Assembly: GCF_051858995.1 (NCBI RefSeq) | Contig: NZ_JBHYGN010000014.1 | Coordinates: 12,468-76,467, forward strand | Length of the DNA stretch: 64,000 nucleotides | Source of the DNA: Brevundimonas sp. | GTDB lineage: Bacteria; Pseudomonadota; Alphaproteobacteria; Caulobacterales; Caulobacteraceae | Direction: 5' to 3' | Part shown: in pieces, positions 8,114 through 17,504 of the stretch | Numbering within the stretch: position 1 is the first letter of the stretch | Layout: each line of letters opens with the position of its first letter | The notes under the pieces: generated by a model | The model's input: the letters and a program-made list of their open reading frames with translations, nothing else | Databases searched by the model: none | What the model was told of the DNA's origin: nothing | Program-made: the position numbers and the translations under genes

Positions 8114-9528
8114 ACGCATCCATCGCGGCGCTGGCCTATCTGGTCGCGGGCGTCCTGTTCATCCTGTCACTGCGCGGGCTCTCCAGCCCCGAGACCAGCC
8201 GTCGGGGCAACACCTTCGGCATGATCGGCATGGCCCTTGCCGTGGGCGTGACGGTGCTGACCCTCTGGACCTCGGGCGCGCTGGACCTGCTGACCGCCGG
8301 GCTGATCGTCGGCGGCGTGGTCGTCGGCGGCGGGGCCGGGGCGCTGATCGCGGGTCGGGTGCAGATGACCCAGATGCCCCAGCTGGTCGCCGCCTTCCAC
8401 TCCCTGGTCGGCATGGCCGCCTGTCTGGTGGCCGTGGGCGCCGTCTATGCGCCGGACAGCTTCGGCATCGCCACGGCGGCGGGCGGCATCAAGACCCTGT
8501 CGATCATCGAACTGAGCCTGGGCGTCGCCATCGGCGCCGTCACCTTCACCGGCTCGGTGATCGCCTTCGCCAAGCTGAACGGCAATATGTCGGGCGCGCC
8601 GATCATCCTGCCCGCGCGGCACCTGATCAACATCGCCCTGGGCTTCGCCCTGTTCGCCCTGATCGGGCTGATGATCGGCTCGGGCGGCACGGCGACCTGG
8701 GCCTTCTGGGGCGTGTTCGTCATCGCCCTGATCCTGGGCGCGACCCTGATCATCCCCATCGGCGGGGCGGACATGCCGGTGGTCGTCTCGATGCTCAACT
8801 CCTACTCGGGCTGGGCCGCGGCGGCGCTGGGCTTCACCCTCGAAAACATCGCCCTGATCATCACCGGTGCCCTCGTCGGCAGTTCGGGCGCGATCCTGAG
8901 CTACATCATGTGCAAGGGCATGAACCGCAGCTTCATCTCTGTAATCCTTGGCGGTTTCGGCGGTGGTGACGCCGCTGCGGGCGGCGGGGGCGCGGTCGAG
9001 ACGCGCCCGGTCAAGCAGGGCTCCGCCGAGGACGCCGCCTTCATCATGAAGAACGCCTCCAAGGTCATCATCGTGCCCGGCTACGGCATGGCGGTGGCCC
9101 AGGCTCAGCATGCGCTGCGCGAAATGGCCGACAAGCTGAAAGAGGAGGGCGTCGAGGTGAAATACGCCATCCACCCCGTGGCGGGCCGGATGCCGGGCCA
9201 CATGAACGTCCTGCTGGCCGAGGCCAACGTCCCCTATGACGAGGTGTTCGAACTGGAGGACATCAACTCCGAATTCGGCACCTGCGACGTCGCCTTCGTC
9301 ATCGGCGCCAACGACGTCACCAACCCGGCGGCCAAGACCGATCCGCAGTCGCCGATCTTCGGCATGCCCATCCTCGACGTCGAGAAGGCCGGGACCGTGC
9401 TGTTCATCAAGCGCGGCATGGCGGCGGGCTATGCCGGCGTCGAGAACGAGCTCTTCTTCCGCGACAACACCATGATGCTGTTCGCCGACGCCAAGAAGAT
9501 GGTCGAGGGGATCGTCAAGGCGCTCTGA
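8110..9528 (+). CDS. pntB: NAD(P) transhydrogenase subunit beta
   Basis: MPQLVAAFHS, GADMPVVVSMLNSYSG, PGYGMAVAQAQ, HPVAGRMPGHMNVLLAEA. Confidence 0.95.
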   Translation: MNASIAALAYLVAGVLFILSLRGLSSPETSRRGNTFGMIGMALAVGVTVLTLWTSGALDLLTAGLIVGGVVVGGGAGALIAGRVQMTQMPQLVAAFHSLVGMAACLVAVGAVYAPDSFGIATAAGGIKTLSIIELSLGVAIGAVTFTGSVIAFAKLNGNMSGAPIILPARHLINIALGFALFALIGLMIGSGGTATWAFWGVFVIALILGATLIIPIGGADMPVVVSMLNSYSGWAAAALGFTLENIALIITGALVGSSGAILSYIMCKGMNRSFISVILGGFGGGDAAAGGGGAVETRPVKQGSAEDAAFIMKNASKVIIVPGYGMAVAQAQHALREMADKLKEEGVEVKYAIHPVAGRMPGHMNVLLAEANVPYDEVFELEDINSEFGTCDVAFVIGANDVTNPAAKTDPQSPIFGMPILDVEKAGTVLFIKRGMAAGYAGVENELFFRDNTMMLFADAKKMVEGIVKAL

Positions 9529-9529
9529 C

Positions 9530-10306
9530 ATGGTCCGGTATCTGGGGCAGAAGCCGGTCAACTGGGCCGCGATGGTGCTCGTCTACGGCTGGATGGCGGT
9601 GGGCGGCGTCTACATGCTTTGGGGCGCCGGCGCGGTGTCCATGTTCCGCGCCGGCTTGGCAGAGGCGCCCCTGATGTGGTGGCCGGAGATATCCTTCGTC
9701 GGCCTCGTCCTGACCTTGTCGCCGCTGCTGTTCGGCTTTCTGGCGATGTGGCTGGTCCCCGTTTCGGACTGGTCGATTAGGCTAAGCGTGACGCTGGTGG
9801 CGCTTGGGGTCGGTTTCTTCATCGGTGGGGTGGCCTGGGACTCGAGCTACGGCGTGGCCCTGTACAGCGACCGCGTGGCGCATCGGGCGGCAGGGTTCGG
9901 CCAGCCCCTGCACATCGACCGGTTCGCTGATGTCCGCCGGGTCGAGACCGGGTGTGTCGTGATGAGGGGGCGGGGCGGCGGAGGCGCTGATCCGTCGTAT
10001 ATTCTTGAGTTCGCCAACGGCCACCGGGTGGATATCTGGCGCGGGAGCTATTCAGGGACCAGAGGCAGCGCGGCCGAGCGGTTCGCTGTCGTCCAGGCGG
10101 CGGACGCCGAGGTGGTCCGGGTCGGTGCGCTGCGCGCGCCGCAGCGCAAACCGGACGGAACCCTGATCGGCGACGTCGGCTGCATCGAGCGTCTGGCGGA
10201 CACTCTGACGATCCCGCCGCCGGTGATCTCACCCCTGTTCGGTGTGCACCGGTCGGAGCTACGCCCGGGGGAGTACGAGATCGATGCTGAGGGGGACGGT
10301 GCGTGA
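9530..10306 (+). CDS. Hypothetical membrane protein, paralog 1
   Basis: 3 N-terminal TM helices and a soluble domain with YSDRV...C...DVGCI; starts 1 nt after pntB. Confidence 0.7.
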   Translation: MVRYLGQKPVNWAAMVLVYGWMAVGGVYMLWGAGAVSMFRAGLAEAPLMWWPEISFVGLVLTLSPLLFGFLAMWLVPVSDWSIRLSVTLVALGVGFFIGGVAWDSSYGVALYSDRVAHRAAGFGQPLHIDRFADVRRVETGCVVMRGRGGGGADPSYILEFANGHRVDIWRGSYSGTRGSAAERFAVVQAADAEVVRVGALRAPQRKPDGTLIGDVGCIERLADTLTIPPPVISPLFGVHRSELRPGEYEIDAEGDGA

Positions 10307-11079
10307 AGTGGGAGGCTGAAAAGGAACGCTGGCGGAATGCCGGACTGGCCGCGGCCCTGACCGTGATCCTTCCCTTGCTGCTGGCCTTAGCCGTCGGCAG
10401 CCTGCGGCGGTCGTTCGGGCCGCGCGACCCTTCGGTGCTGCTGTGGTGGCCCGAGGAGATGACGACCCTGATCGCCTTCGCCATTTCGGCCTCCATCGTC
10501 GTGGGCCTGGGGACCGGTATCATGGTGCTGGCACGCCGCAACATGGCGTGGTGGAAGGTGGGACGCTGGTCGTGGGCGGTGACGGTGCTCGTCATGCTGG
10601 CGGCGGTGGCGGCCTCGGCTCGAGCCGAGGTGCGGGTCTATGCCGACCGGATCGTCATTTCGGACGAGCACGGCGCCCGGGAGACCGTCCCCATGGCGAG
10701 CGCGACCGGCGTCGGCGTCTGGTGCGATGTCATCAGGCGCAAGCGGAAGGCCGATGTCGCGACCCTGGATTACGCCATCCACTTCCCGGACCGGAGCGTT
10801 TCCCTGCGGCCCGGGCTGGGCAGCGTTTCGCGGGACACCGCGCGGATTTGGTTCCACAAAATCGAGGCGCTGGATCGTGAGGTTCTGTCCGCGCTTCCAC
10901 ACCAGTCTGCCGGCTCCGCCGGGCATGACGTCGGCTGCATCCGGGCTCTGAGACGCGAACTCGGCGAGCCGGATTTCACGGCGGCCCGGCGCATGCTGGG
11001 CATTACGGAAGCCGACCTCGCCCGCTATTACGCCGAGCCGCATGAGGCGTGGAGCCGCGATACGGCCTCGTCGCATTGA
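10303..11079 (+). CDS. Hypothetical membrane protein, paralog 2
   Basis: GTGA-coupled to the previous gene; 3 TM helices and YADRI...C...DVGCI. Confidence 0.7.
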   Translation: MKWEAEKERWRNAGLAAALTVILPLLLALAVGSLRRSFGPRDPSVLLWWPEEMTTLIAFAISASIVVGLGTGIMVLARRNMAWWKVGRWSWAVTVLVMLAAVAASARAEVRVYADRIVISDEHGARETVPMASATGVGVWCDVIRRKRKADVATLDYAIHFPDRSVSLRPGLGSVSRDTARIWFHKIEALDREVLSALPHQSAGSAGHDVGCIRALRRELGEPDFTAARRMLGITEADLARYYAEPHEAWSRDTASSH

Positions 11080-11090
11080 GCGTCTGACGG

Positions 11091-11492
11091 ATGGCTGTTT
11101 CCGAAAAGACCTACATCCGGTTCGTCTGCTTCAAGACAGTTGGGCGTCAGCGCAGTCGGCTGGGCCTGTTCGCGGCGATCCATGAGGCGGTCGAAAGCGA
11201 GCACGCCGAAAGCTGGGCCATCGTTGAGGCGCGGAGCCAGAGCAGTTGGTTCAACGCCAGTCTGGCGCTTCCCGAGAGCTTTTCGACCGGCGGGCAAAAG
11301 GGATACGGCCAGCCGGGGCTGTCATGGTTCAAGCCGTCCGCGACGGAGCATATCCGCCGCATGCACGCGCTGAAGATCGCGCTGGAGGCCTGCGGCATCC
11401 ACGTCGAGGTGCTGACGACCCGCGACCCCGGCGTGATCGTCTGGCAGGATGAGCATCAGGTGGTCGCCGAACCGCGCGGCCGGACGTTCTGA
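11091..11492 (+). CDS. Conserved hypothetical protein (133 aa)
   Basis: YIRF...WF...LSWFK...EHI...PG.IV..DEHQVVAEP pattern resembles a widespread uncharacterised family. Confidence 0.65.
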   Translation: MAVSEKTYIRFVCFKTVGRQRSRLGLFAAIHEAVESEHAESWAIVEARSQSSWFNASLALPESFSTGGQKGYGQPGLSWFKPSATEHIRRMHALKIALEACGIHVEVLTTRDPGVIVWQDEHQVVAEPRGRTF

Positions 11493-11500
11493 GCAGGACC

Positions 11501-11920
11501 ATGCCCGCTGAACCCAAGACCCGTCCCACCGACGCCTCCGTGCCGGACTTCATCGCGGCGGTGGAGAACACGCGTCGGCGCGCCGACGCGGAGGCGATCA
11601 ACGCCCTGATGACCGAGGTGTCGGGTGAGCCCGCCGTGCTGTGGGGGCCGTCGATCATCGGCTACGGCAGCTATCGCGGACCCACTGGAGACTGGCCGAT
11701 CATCGGCTTCTCGCCGCGCAAGGCCAATCTGGTTCTCTATGTCTGGCGCGACTTCGACGGGGCGGACGACCTGCTGGCCCGACTGGGCAAGCACAAAACG
11801 TCCGTGGGCTGCCTGTATGTGAACCGGTTGGACGATCTCGATCCCGCCGTCCTGCGCGAACTGGTCGAGCGGTCGGTGGCGCGTATGCGGGCCGCAAACC
11901 CCGGCGCGTCGGGTTGCTGA
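11501..11920 (+). CDS. DUF1801 (YdhG-like) domain protein
   Basis: WGPSIIGYG, GFSPRKANL, LGKHKTSVGCLY. Confidence 0.8.
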   Translation: MPAEPKTRPTDASVPDFIAAVENTRRRADAEAINALMTEVSGEPAVLWGPSIIGYGSYRGPTGDWPIIGFSPRKANLVLYVWRDFDGADDLLARLGKHKTSVGCLYVNRLDDLDPAVLRELVERSVARMRAANPGASGC

Positions 11921-11965
11921 AAAGCCCCCCTATCGCGCGTCCTCGACCGGCGCTATCACGCCGCC

Positions 11966-13069
11966 GTGAACCCGACAGCGCCCCCCGTGAATCCTGCTCA
12001 TCGCCGCTTTGAGGCGCTGGATTCCCTGCGCGGGGTCTGCGCCATCCTGGTGGTCATGTTCCACATGCCGGTGGCCAGCCACTGGCGGGACTGGGGGCTG
12101 ATCCAGCACAGCTATCTGTTCGTCGACTACTTCTTCGTCCTGTCCGGCTTCGTCATCGCCCACGCCTATTCGCAGCGGCTGAAGACGCCGACCGACGCGG
12201 GGCGGTTCATGGTGCGGCGTCTGGGCCGGGTCTGGCCGCTGCACGTGCTGGTGCTGGCGGCCTACATCGGGCTGGAGCTTTGCCGCCTGTGGTTCCACTT
12301 CGACAGCGTGACGCCGTTCACGCGCGACCGGTCGGTGGAGGCGATCTTCTCCAACCTGCTGCTGATCCAGGCCTACAATATCCATCCGTCCCTGACCTGG
12401 AACGGGCCGTCGTGGACCCTTAGCGTCGAGGTCGGCTGCTATGTGGTCTTCGCCCTGCTGCTGCTAGCGACGCCCAAGGTGTGGCGCTGGATCGGGGCGG
12501 CGCTGGCGGTGGTCGGGGCGGTGATCGTCCTGACCCAGAAGGGCTATATGAACACCACCTATGACTTCGCCTTCCCGCGCGCGGTCTACGGCTTCTTCCT
12601 GGGCAGCCTGCTGCAGGGCTGCTGGACCCGCATCCCGCGCCTGAAGGGGCATGCGGCGACGGCGCTGGAGATCGCCGCCGTGATCGGCGTCTGCGTCTTC
12701 ATCGGCTATGCGACCGGGGCGACGACCATTCTGGTGACCCTGTTGTTCGTCGCGGCGGTCTGGGTCTTCGCGGGCGAGGACGGGGCCCTGTCGCGCCTGC
12801 TGGACGCCAAGCCGCTGGTCACCCTCGGGCGCTGGTCGTTCGCCATCTACATGGTGCACATGTTCGTCCTGGTGGTGACCATCATCATCGCCCGCAAGCT
12901 GGACTGGATGCCCGCGCGTCGGATCGACTTCGGCTCGGTCTGGCTGAACGACCTGTTCGGCGTCGGCCTGTTCGGCCTGATCGTCGTCCTGGCCGTGCTG
13001 GCGCACAAATTCGTCGAGCAACCGGCCCAGCGGATGATCGACCGCTGGACCAAGCCGAAAGCGGCTTAA
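11966..13069 (+). CDS. Acyltransferase-3 (OafA/YrhL-like) O-acyltransferase
   Basis: LDSLRGVCAILVVMFH, VDYFFVLSGF, WTLSVE, GRWSFAIYMVH, VEQP. Confidence 0.85.
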   Translation: MNPTAPPVNPAHRRFEALDSLRGVCAILVVMFHMPVASHWRDWGLIQHSYLFVDYFFVLSGFVIAHAYSQRLKTPTDAGRFMVRRLGRVWPLHVLVLAAYIGLELCRLWFHFDSVTPFTRDRSVEAIFSNLLLIQAYNIHPSLTWNGPSWTLSVEVGCYVVFALLLLATPKVWRWIGAALAVVGAVIVLTQKGYMNTTYDFAFPRAVYGFFLGSLLQGCWTRIPRLKGHAATALEIAAVIGVCVFIGYATGATTILVTLLFVAAVWVFAGEDGALSRLLDAKPLVTLGRWSFAIYMVHMFVLVVTIIIARKLDWMPARRIDFGSVWLNDLFGVGLFGLIVVLAVLAHKFVEQPAQRMIDRWTKPKAA

Positions 13070-13287
13070 GCCGCCATCCGGAAGTCCGCGGCCGGATCGA
13101 AGGCCGGACGGGCCTCGTCCCACAGGGCGTCTTCATCGGCGTAGCGGGCCGACTGGCGGGCGTCGATCACGTCGATCACCTGTTCCTCCAGACGATCCCA
13201 GATCACGGCCAGACCGGTTTCGGTGTCGCAGGGAACGATCAGGTAGCGGCTGGCGGCGACCTGGGCGGCGGGTTGGAAGCGGGCCAT
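13066..13287 (-). CDS. Small acidic hypothetical protein (73 aa) divergent from the WYL regulator
   Basis: GGAG RBS before ATG 13287; host-like codons; 4-nt overlap with the convergent acyltransferase stop. Confidence 0.6.
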   Translation of the reverse strand: MARFQPAAQVAASRYLIVPCDTETGLAVIWDRLEEQVIDVIDARQSARYADEDALWDEARPAFDPAADFRMAA

Positions 13288-13342
13288 CTGTGAACTCCGT
13301 GAAGCGTGTGTCGCTGTCGATGAATTGAACTCTAAAACAGCG

Positions 13343-13363
13343 TTGCGTCATTTTTGGTCGTAT
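13343..13363. promoter_or_regulatory. Putative DriD-type binding site
   Basis: TTGCGTC-N7-GTCGTAT, similar to the ATACGAC-N7-GTCGTAT pseudo-palindrome I recall for Caulobacter DriD. Confidence 0.5.
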
Positions 13364-13377
13364 GCTCTGGTCCGGGC

Positions 13378-14367
13378 ATGAGATTTGACAAGGCAGCTCT
13401 GGTTCTGGATCTCGCGCGGCGCATGGCGGCCAGCGCCGAGGGCCTGACCATGGAAGACATGATGCGCGAGACGGGCACGGCCCGGCGCACCGCCGAGCGC
13501 ATCCGCGATGCGGTCGTGGTCCTGTTCCCGCAGGCGGAGGAGGTGTCCGACCCGCCGTTCAAGCGCTGGCGCATCCGTGGCGGCCTGTCGGCCTTCGAAC
13601 AGGCGCCGACCGCCGAGGAGCTTATCGAGCTGACCCGGGCGGCGCAGGGGCTGCGGGCGACCGGGGAGCCGGCCCGGGCCGAGGCGCTGGAGGGGCTGGA
13701 GCGCAAGCTGAAGTCGGCCGTCCGCTCGACCACCCTGAATAGGCTGGCTCCCGATCTGGAGGCGCTGGTCCGGGCCGAGACCCTGGCCGTGCAGGCAGGG
13801 CCGCGCGCCTCCGCCGACGAACTGGTGCTGGCCGAGGTGCGTCAGGCGGTGCTGGCGGGTCAGCCGCTGGGCTTCATCTACAGCCGCCCGGGGGCAGAGG
13901 CGCGGCGTCGGGTCATGACGCCCTGCGGCCTGATGTTCGGGCGCGCCAACTATCTGGTCGCCGCCGAGCCGGAGGGCGGGGCGATCAAGACCTTCCGTCT
14001 GGACCGGATGAGCGCCGTCAAGGCCGAGCCGGGCGTGGCCGTGCCGCCCGCCGGCTTCGACCTGCAGGTCTTCGCGGGCCAGTCGTTCGGCATCTATCAG
14101 GACGCCATCGAGGATGTGGAGCTGAGGATCACGCCCGACGGCGCCGCCGAGGCGCGTGGCTGGCGTTGGCACCCGACCCAGACCGTCGAGGATCTGGCCG
14201 ACGGCGGCGTCACGGTCCGCTTCCGCGCCTCGGGCATGCGTGAACTGGCCTGGCACCTGTTCACCTGGGGTGAGCAGGTCGAGATCGTCGCGCCCGAGCG
14301 GCTGAAGACCGTCATGGCGGAGGAACTGGCCGCCGCCTCCCGCGCCCTCGCGCGGTCGCAAGCGTGA
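13378..14367 (+). CDS. driD: HTH-WYL-WCX transcriptional regulator, DriD-like
   Basis: N-terminal HTH (GLTMEDM...RRTAER), WYL core (YLVA...FRLDRM), C-terminal LAWHLFTWG; ATG 13378. Confidence 0.75.
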   Translation: MRFDKAALVLDLARRMAASAEGLTMEDMMRETGTARRTAERIRDAVVVLFPQAEEVSDPPFKRWRIRGGLSAFEQAPTAEELIELTRAAQGLRATGEPARAEALEGLERKLKSAVRSTTLNRLAPDLEALVRAETLAVQAGPRASADELVLAEVRQAVLAGQPLGFIYSRPGAEARRRVMTPCGLMFGRANYLVAAEPEGGAIKTFRLDRMSAVKAEPGVAVPPAGFDLQVFAGQSFGIYQDAIEDVELRITPDGAAEARGWRWHPTQTVEDLADGGVTVRFRASGMRELAWHLFTWGEQVEIVAPERLKTVMAEELAAASRALARSQA

Positions 14368-14433
14368 CGAAAGCTTAAGCTGACGCCTCCGACGCCCCAT
14401 GGCTACGCTTCGGGCTGTACAGGGGAGTCCTCC

Positions 14434-15852
14434 ATGCGTTCCGTTCTTCTCGCCGTCTGCGCGACCGCCGCCCTGCTGACCGGATGCGCCACCGCCTCCG
14501 CTTCGGTGGAGGCTGAAAAGCGGGTTCCGCTGGTGACCGTCAGCCGTGACGGCGAACGCTGGACCGCCGACTTCACCCTGCCGTCCGACTCGCCGACCTG
14601 GGTCTTCATGCGCTCGGCCCTGGCGCGCGAGACGGGCAAGCCGTGGCGGGAAGGGCAGTGGGCGGTCGAGACGCCGGGCGTCATCCTGGAACGGCGCGGC
14701 CATTTCGACATCCTGCGCGTCGCCGACGGTGGTCCGGTCCCGCGCAACCTGCGCATCCGCATGACGCCCAAGGCTGAGGATCTGAACGCCGACTATGATC
14801 CGGCCCTGATGTTCACCGACGGTTCGGCGGCGCTCTACGCTGGGCATTTCACCGTCTTCCCCATCGCCTCGCCCGAAGCGGCGGAGGCCCTGCCGATGGA
14901 CCTGAACGAGGCCGATATCGACGCCGACAACTCGCGCATCACCTGGCGCGACGCCGCCGGTCCAGTCCTGTTGGAGGGCGAGCGTCAGGCCGCGCCGGTG
15001 TCCGAGCGCAGCAACACCTATGTGCTGTTCGGTCAGGCCGCGCTGGTCGACAGCCCGCGTCTGGCGACGGTCATCGATCCGGGCCTGCCTAGCTGGCTGG
15101 GCGATGAGATCAAGACCTTCGCCCCGCGCATCGCCGCCTACTACGCCGAGCGGCTGGGACCAGGGCAGACCGACAAGCCGACCATCATGGTCAGCTGGAA
15201 CGGCCCGACGCCCCAACGGCGCAGCATGGGCGGCAGCGTCCTGCCGGGCCTGATCATCATGGCCTTCGAGGGGGACAATGTCGTCGCCCTGTCCACCGAG
15301 ATGCGCGACCATGCCCGCTGGTTTATCGGCCACGAGAGCGCGCATTTCTGGCTGGGCCAGACGGTGGCCTATGAGTTCTCGCGCGACGCCTGGATCACCG
15401 AGGGCGGGGCGGACCTGATGGCCATGCGGGCGCAGGCCGTGCTGAGCCCTACCTATGATGTCTTGGCGGCCCTGCAGGAGGAGGTGGACGACTGCACGAC
15501 CTTGGCGGTCAAACCGGTCGCCTCCGCCAACCAGCGCAGCGAGCACCGCGCCTACTACGCCTGCGGCGCCGTCTTCGCCCTCGCCGCCGAAGCGGCGCAG
15601 AAGCGGGCCACGGGCGGCGACTGGTTCGACTTCCTCAAGCCGTTGATCGACGCCAACCGCGAGGACGGCAAGCTGAGCCGCGCCGAATGGCTGGAGGCCC
15701 TGCTTCAGGTCACCGGTGATCCGGACGTCCGGCGCGAGATCGACACGCTGCTGGATGAGGGGGCGCAGAACCCGGCGGAGCTGATCGCCCGCCTGTTCGA
15801 CCGGACGGGCGTCGCCTACCGGATGGAGGGCGGGAAGGTAAAGCTGGTCTGA
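14434..15852 (+). CDS. Lipoprotein with gluzincin (M1/M61-like) metallopeptidase motif
   Basis: Lipobox LLTGC; HESAH-x18-E (AWITEG); YYACG. Confidence 0.7.
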   Translation: MRSVLLAVCATAALLTGCATASASVEAEKRVPLVTVSRDGERWTADFTLPSDSPTWVFMRSALARETGKPWREGQWAVETPGVILERRGHFDILRVADGGPVPRNLRIRMTPKAEDLNADYDPALMFTDGSAALYAGHFTVFPIASPEAAEALPMDLNEADIDADNSRITWRDAAGPVLLEGERQAAPVSERSNTYVLFGQAALVDSPRLATVIDPGLPSWLGDEIKTFAPRIAAYYAERLGPGQTDKPTIMVSWNGPTPQRRSMGGSVLPGLIIMAFEGDNVVALSTEMRDHARWFIGHESAHFWLGQTVAYEFSRDAWITEGGADLMAMRAQAVLSPTYDVLAALQEEVDDCTTLAVKPVASANQRSEHRAYYACGAVFALAAEAAQKRATGGDWFDFLKPLIDANREDGKLSRAEWLEALLQVTGDPDVRREIDTLLDEGAQNPAELIARLFDRTGVAYRMEGGKVKLV

Positions 15853-15859
15853 GCGGCCC

Positions 15860-17350
15860 CTATCGGCGCCCGCGCAGTCCTGCTTCGACATGGCCCCGGA
15901 ACTCGCTGAGGGCCTCCTCAAGTGGAGCGGCCTGCACGAATGGCCACGGACTCACCGACTTCGACCAGTCGTCCACCGCCGGCGCCCGATCCACCGGCGG
16001 GGCGGCGCGTTCGGCGCAGGGATGGCGGTGGCACAGGCGACAGGCGGGGCCGATGGGGGTGACCTCCGGCGCGGCCAGATCGAGCCCTCGGGCGTGGATC
16101 AGGCGGCGGGCGTGCTTCAGCTCGCACCCCAGGCCGATGGCCAGGTCGTGGCCCTCGGTGAAGGCGTCGCGGCCCTGACGTTCGACCGTCCGGGCCAGGG
16201 TGAACCAGCGGCCACCATCCGGCGTCTCGATGATCTGGGTGACGATCCGGCCGGGCGTGCGGAAGGCGCTGTGCAGCCGCCAGCGCGGGCAGGCGCCGCC
16301 GAAGCGGGAGAAGGGAAAGGCGCCGGAGGCGAAGCGCTTGGAGATGTTCCCCGCCTGATCGACGCGCATCAGGAAGAAGGGCACGCCCCGTGCGGTCGGG
16401 CGCGACAGGGTGGTCAGCCGGTGCGCCGCCTGTTCGAAGCTGACCCCGAACCGGGCCTCCAGCCGCGTCAGGTCATAGCCGTTGGCTTCGGCCGCCGCGT
16501 GGAAGGCGCCGTAGGGCATCAGAATGGCGGCCGCGAGCGTATTGGTCAGCGCGACCTTCAGCACACGTCGCGTCGCATCGTCCGGCATGTCGGCTGAGGC
16601 CGTCAGCGCGGTCAGTTCGGTATCATGCTCGGCTAAGGCCAGCTGGAAGGCGACGGCGAAGGCGCGGGAGGAGGGGCCCAGCGTCTCGGACAGGTGCAGG
16701 CGCCTGCGATGCGGATCGTAGCGGCGCGTCCACTCGACCATCACATCGTCGGGCAGGGTGCGGACCGTCAGCCCATGGCGGGCCTGCAGCCGTGCGCGGG
16801 CGCGGGTCTCGAAGGTCTCGCCGGGCGTTTCCGTCTCCAGCTCGGCGGCCAGTCGCTCGCCCAGCGCATCCAGTTCGGGGAAGTGGTTCTGGCGCGCCTG
16901 CACGAAGTCGCGGACGCGGTCGGCGGGCGTTTCGTCGCCTCCGCCACCCGCGATGTCGGCCTCGGCCCGCTCACGGGCGCGCCGGTCGCTGAAGGCGCGA
17001 TACAGGCGCAGGACGGCGTCGGCGACGGCGGGCTGGTCCTCGGCCAACTGGACGATCTCGTGCCGGGGCACGGCCAGACCCTGAAACACCGGATCGGCGA
17101 AGGCCTCGGACAGGGTGGCCTCTGACGCCGGGCCGCCGGACTGGCCCAGCGCCCGCAGGTCCACGTCATAGGTCTCGGCCAGACGCAGCAGCAATTGGGC
17201 CGAGACGGGCCGCTGGTTGCGCTCGATATGGTTCAGATAGCTGGGGGACACGCCCAGATCGCCGGCCATGGCCGTCTGGGTCAGGCCCAGATCCCTGCGC
17301 AGCCGCTTCAGGCGGCCGCCGAGGAACAGCTTTCGGTCGGCGGTGTCCAT
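15860..17350 (-). CDS. Short-chain fatty acyl-CoA regulator family (ScfR/RamB/PrpR) XRE regulator
   Basis: N-terminal HTH_3 (SPSYLNHIERNQRP), VSFEQAAHRLTTL, DQAGNISKRF, GACPRW, C-terminal CRLC..C. Confidence 0.88.
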   Translation of the reverse strand: MDTADRKLFLGGRLKRLRRDLGLTQTAMAGDLGVSPSYLNHIERNQRPVSAQLLLRLAETYDVDLRALGQSGGPASEATLSEAFADPVFQGLAVPRHEIVQLAEDQPAVADAVLRLYRAFSDRRARERAEADIAGGGGDETPADRVRDFVQARQNHFPELDALGERLAAELETETPGETFETRARARLQARHGLTVRTLPDDVMVEWTRRYDPHRRRLHLSETLGPSSRAFAVAFQLALAEHDTELTALTASADMPDDATRRVLKVALTNTLAAAILMPYGAFHAAAEANGYDLTRLEARFGVSFEQAAHRLTTLSRPTARGVPFFLMRVDQAGNISKRFASGAFPFSRFGGACPRWRLHSAFRTPGRIVTQIIETPDGGRWFTLARTVERQGRDAFTEGHDLAIGLGCELKHARRLIHARGLDLAAPEVTPIGPACRLCHRHPCAERAAPPVDRAPAVDDWSKSVSPWPFVQAAPLEEALSEFRGHVEAGLRGRR

Positions 17351-17361
17351 GACTGCACGAT

Positions 17362-17442
17362 GTCACAAAATGACTTAACAGCAAGTGTCATGTTGTGACT
17401 GAATGACGCGATAGGTCCGCCTCGATCTGTGTCTTTTGTGAC
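17362..17442. promoter_or_regulatory. Repeated TTGTGAC/GTCACAA operator in the divergent regulator-aceA region
   Basis: GTCACAAAATGAC (17362-74) inverted against GTCATGTTGTGAC (17387-99); third copy GTCTTTTGTGAC (17431-42). Confidence 0.55.
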
Positions 17443-17504
17443 TGTGGCGTGTTTCCTTCCCGTGACCCGCCGCGCATCGACGGCCCACAGGACAGAGACC
17501 CGCC

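Noticed and set aside
13348-15921. 857-aa minus-strand ORF
   Set aside because: Shadow of driD and the peptidase lipoprotein, which carry the motifs and signals
15860-15935. C-terminal extension of the ScfR-type regulator as a stop-loss
   Set aside because: Cannot be separated from normal tail variation without an alignment
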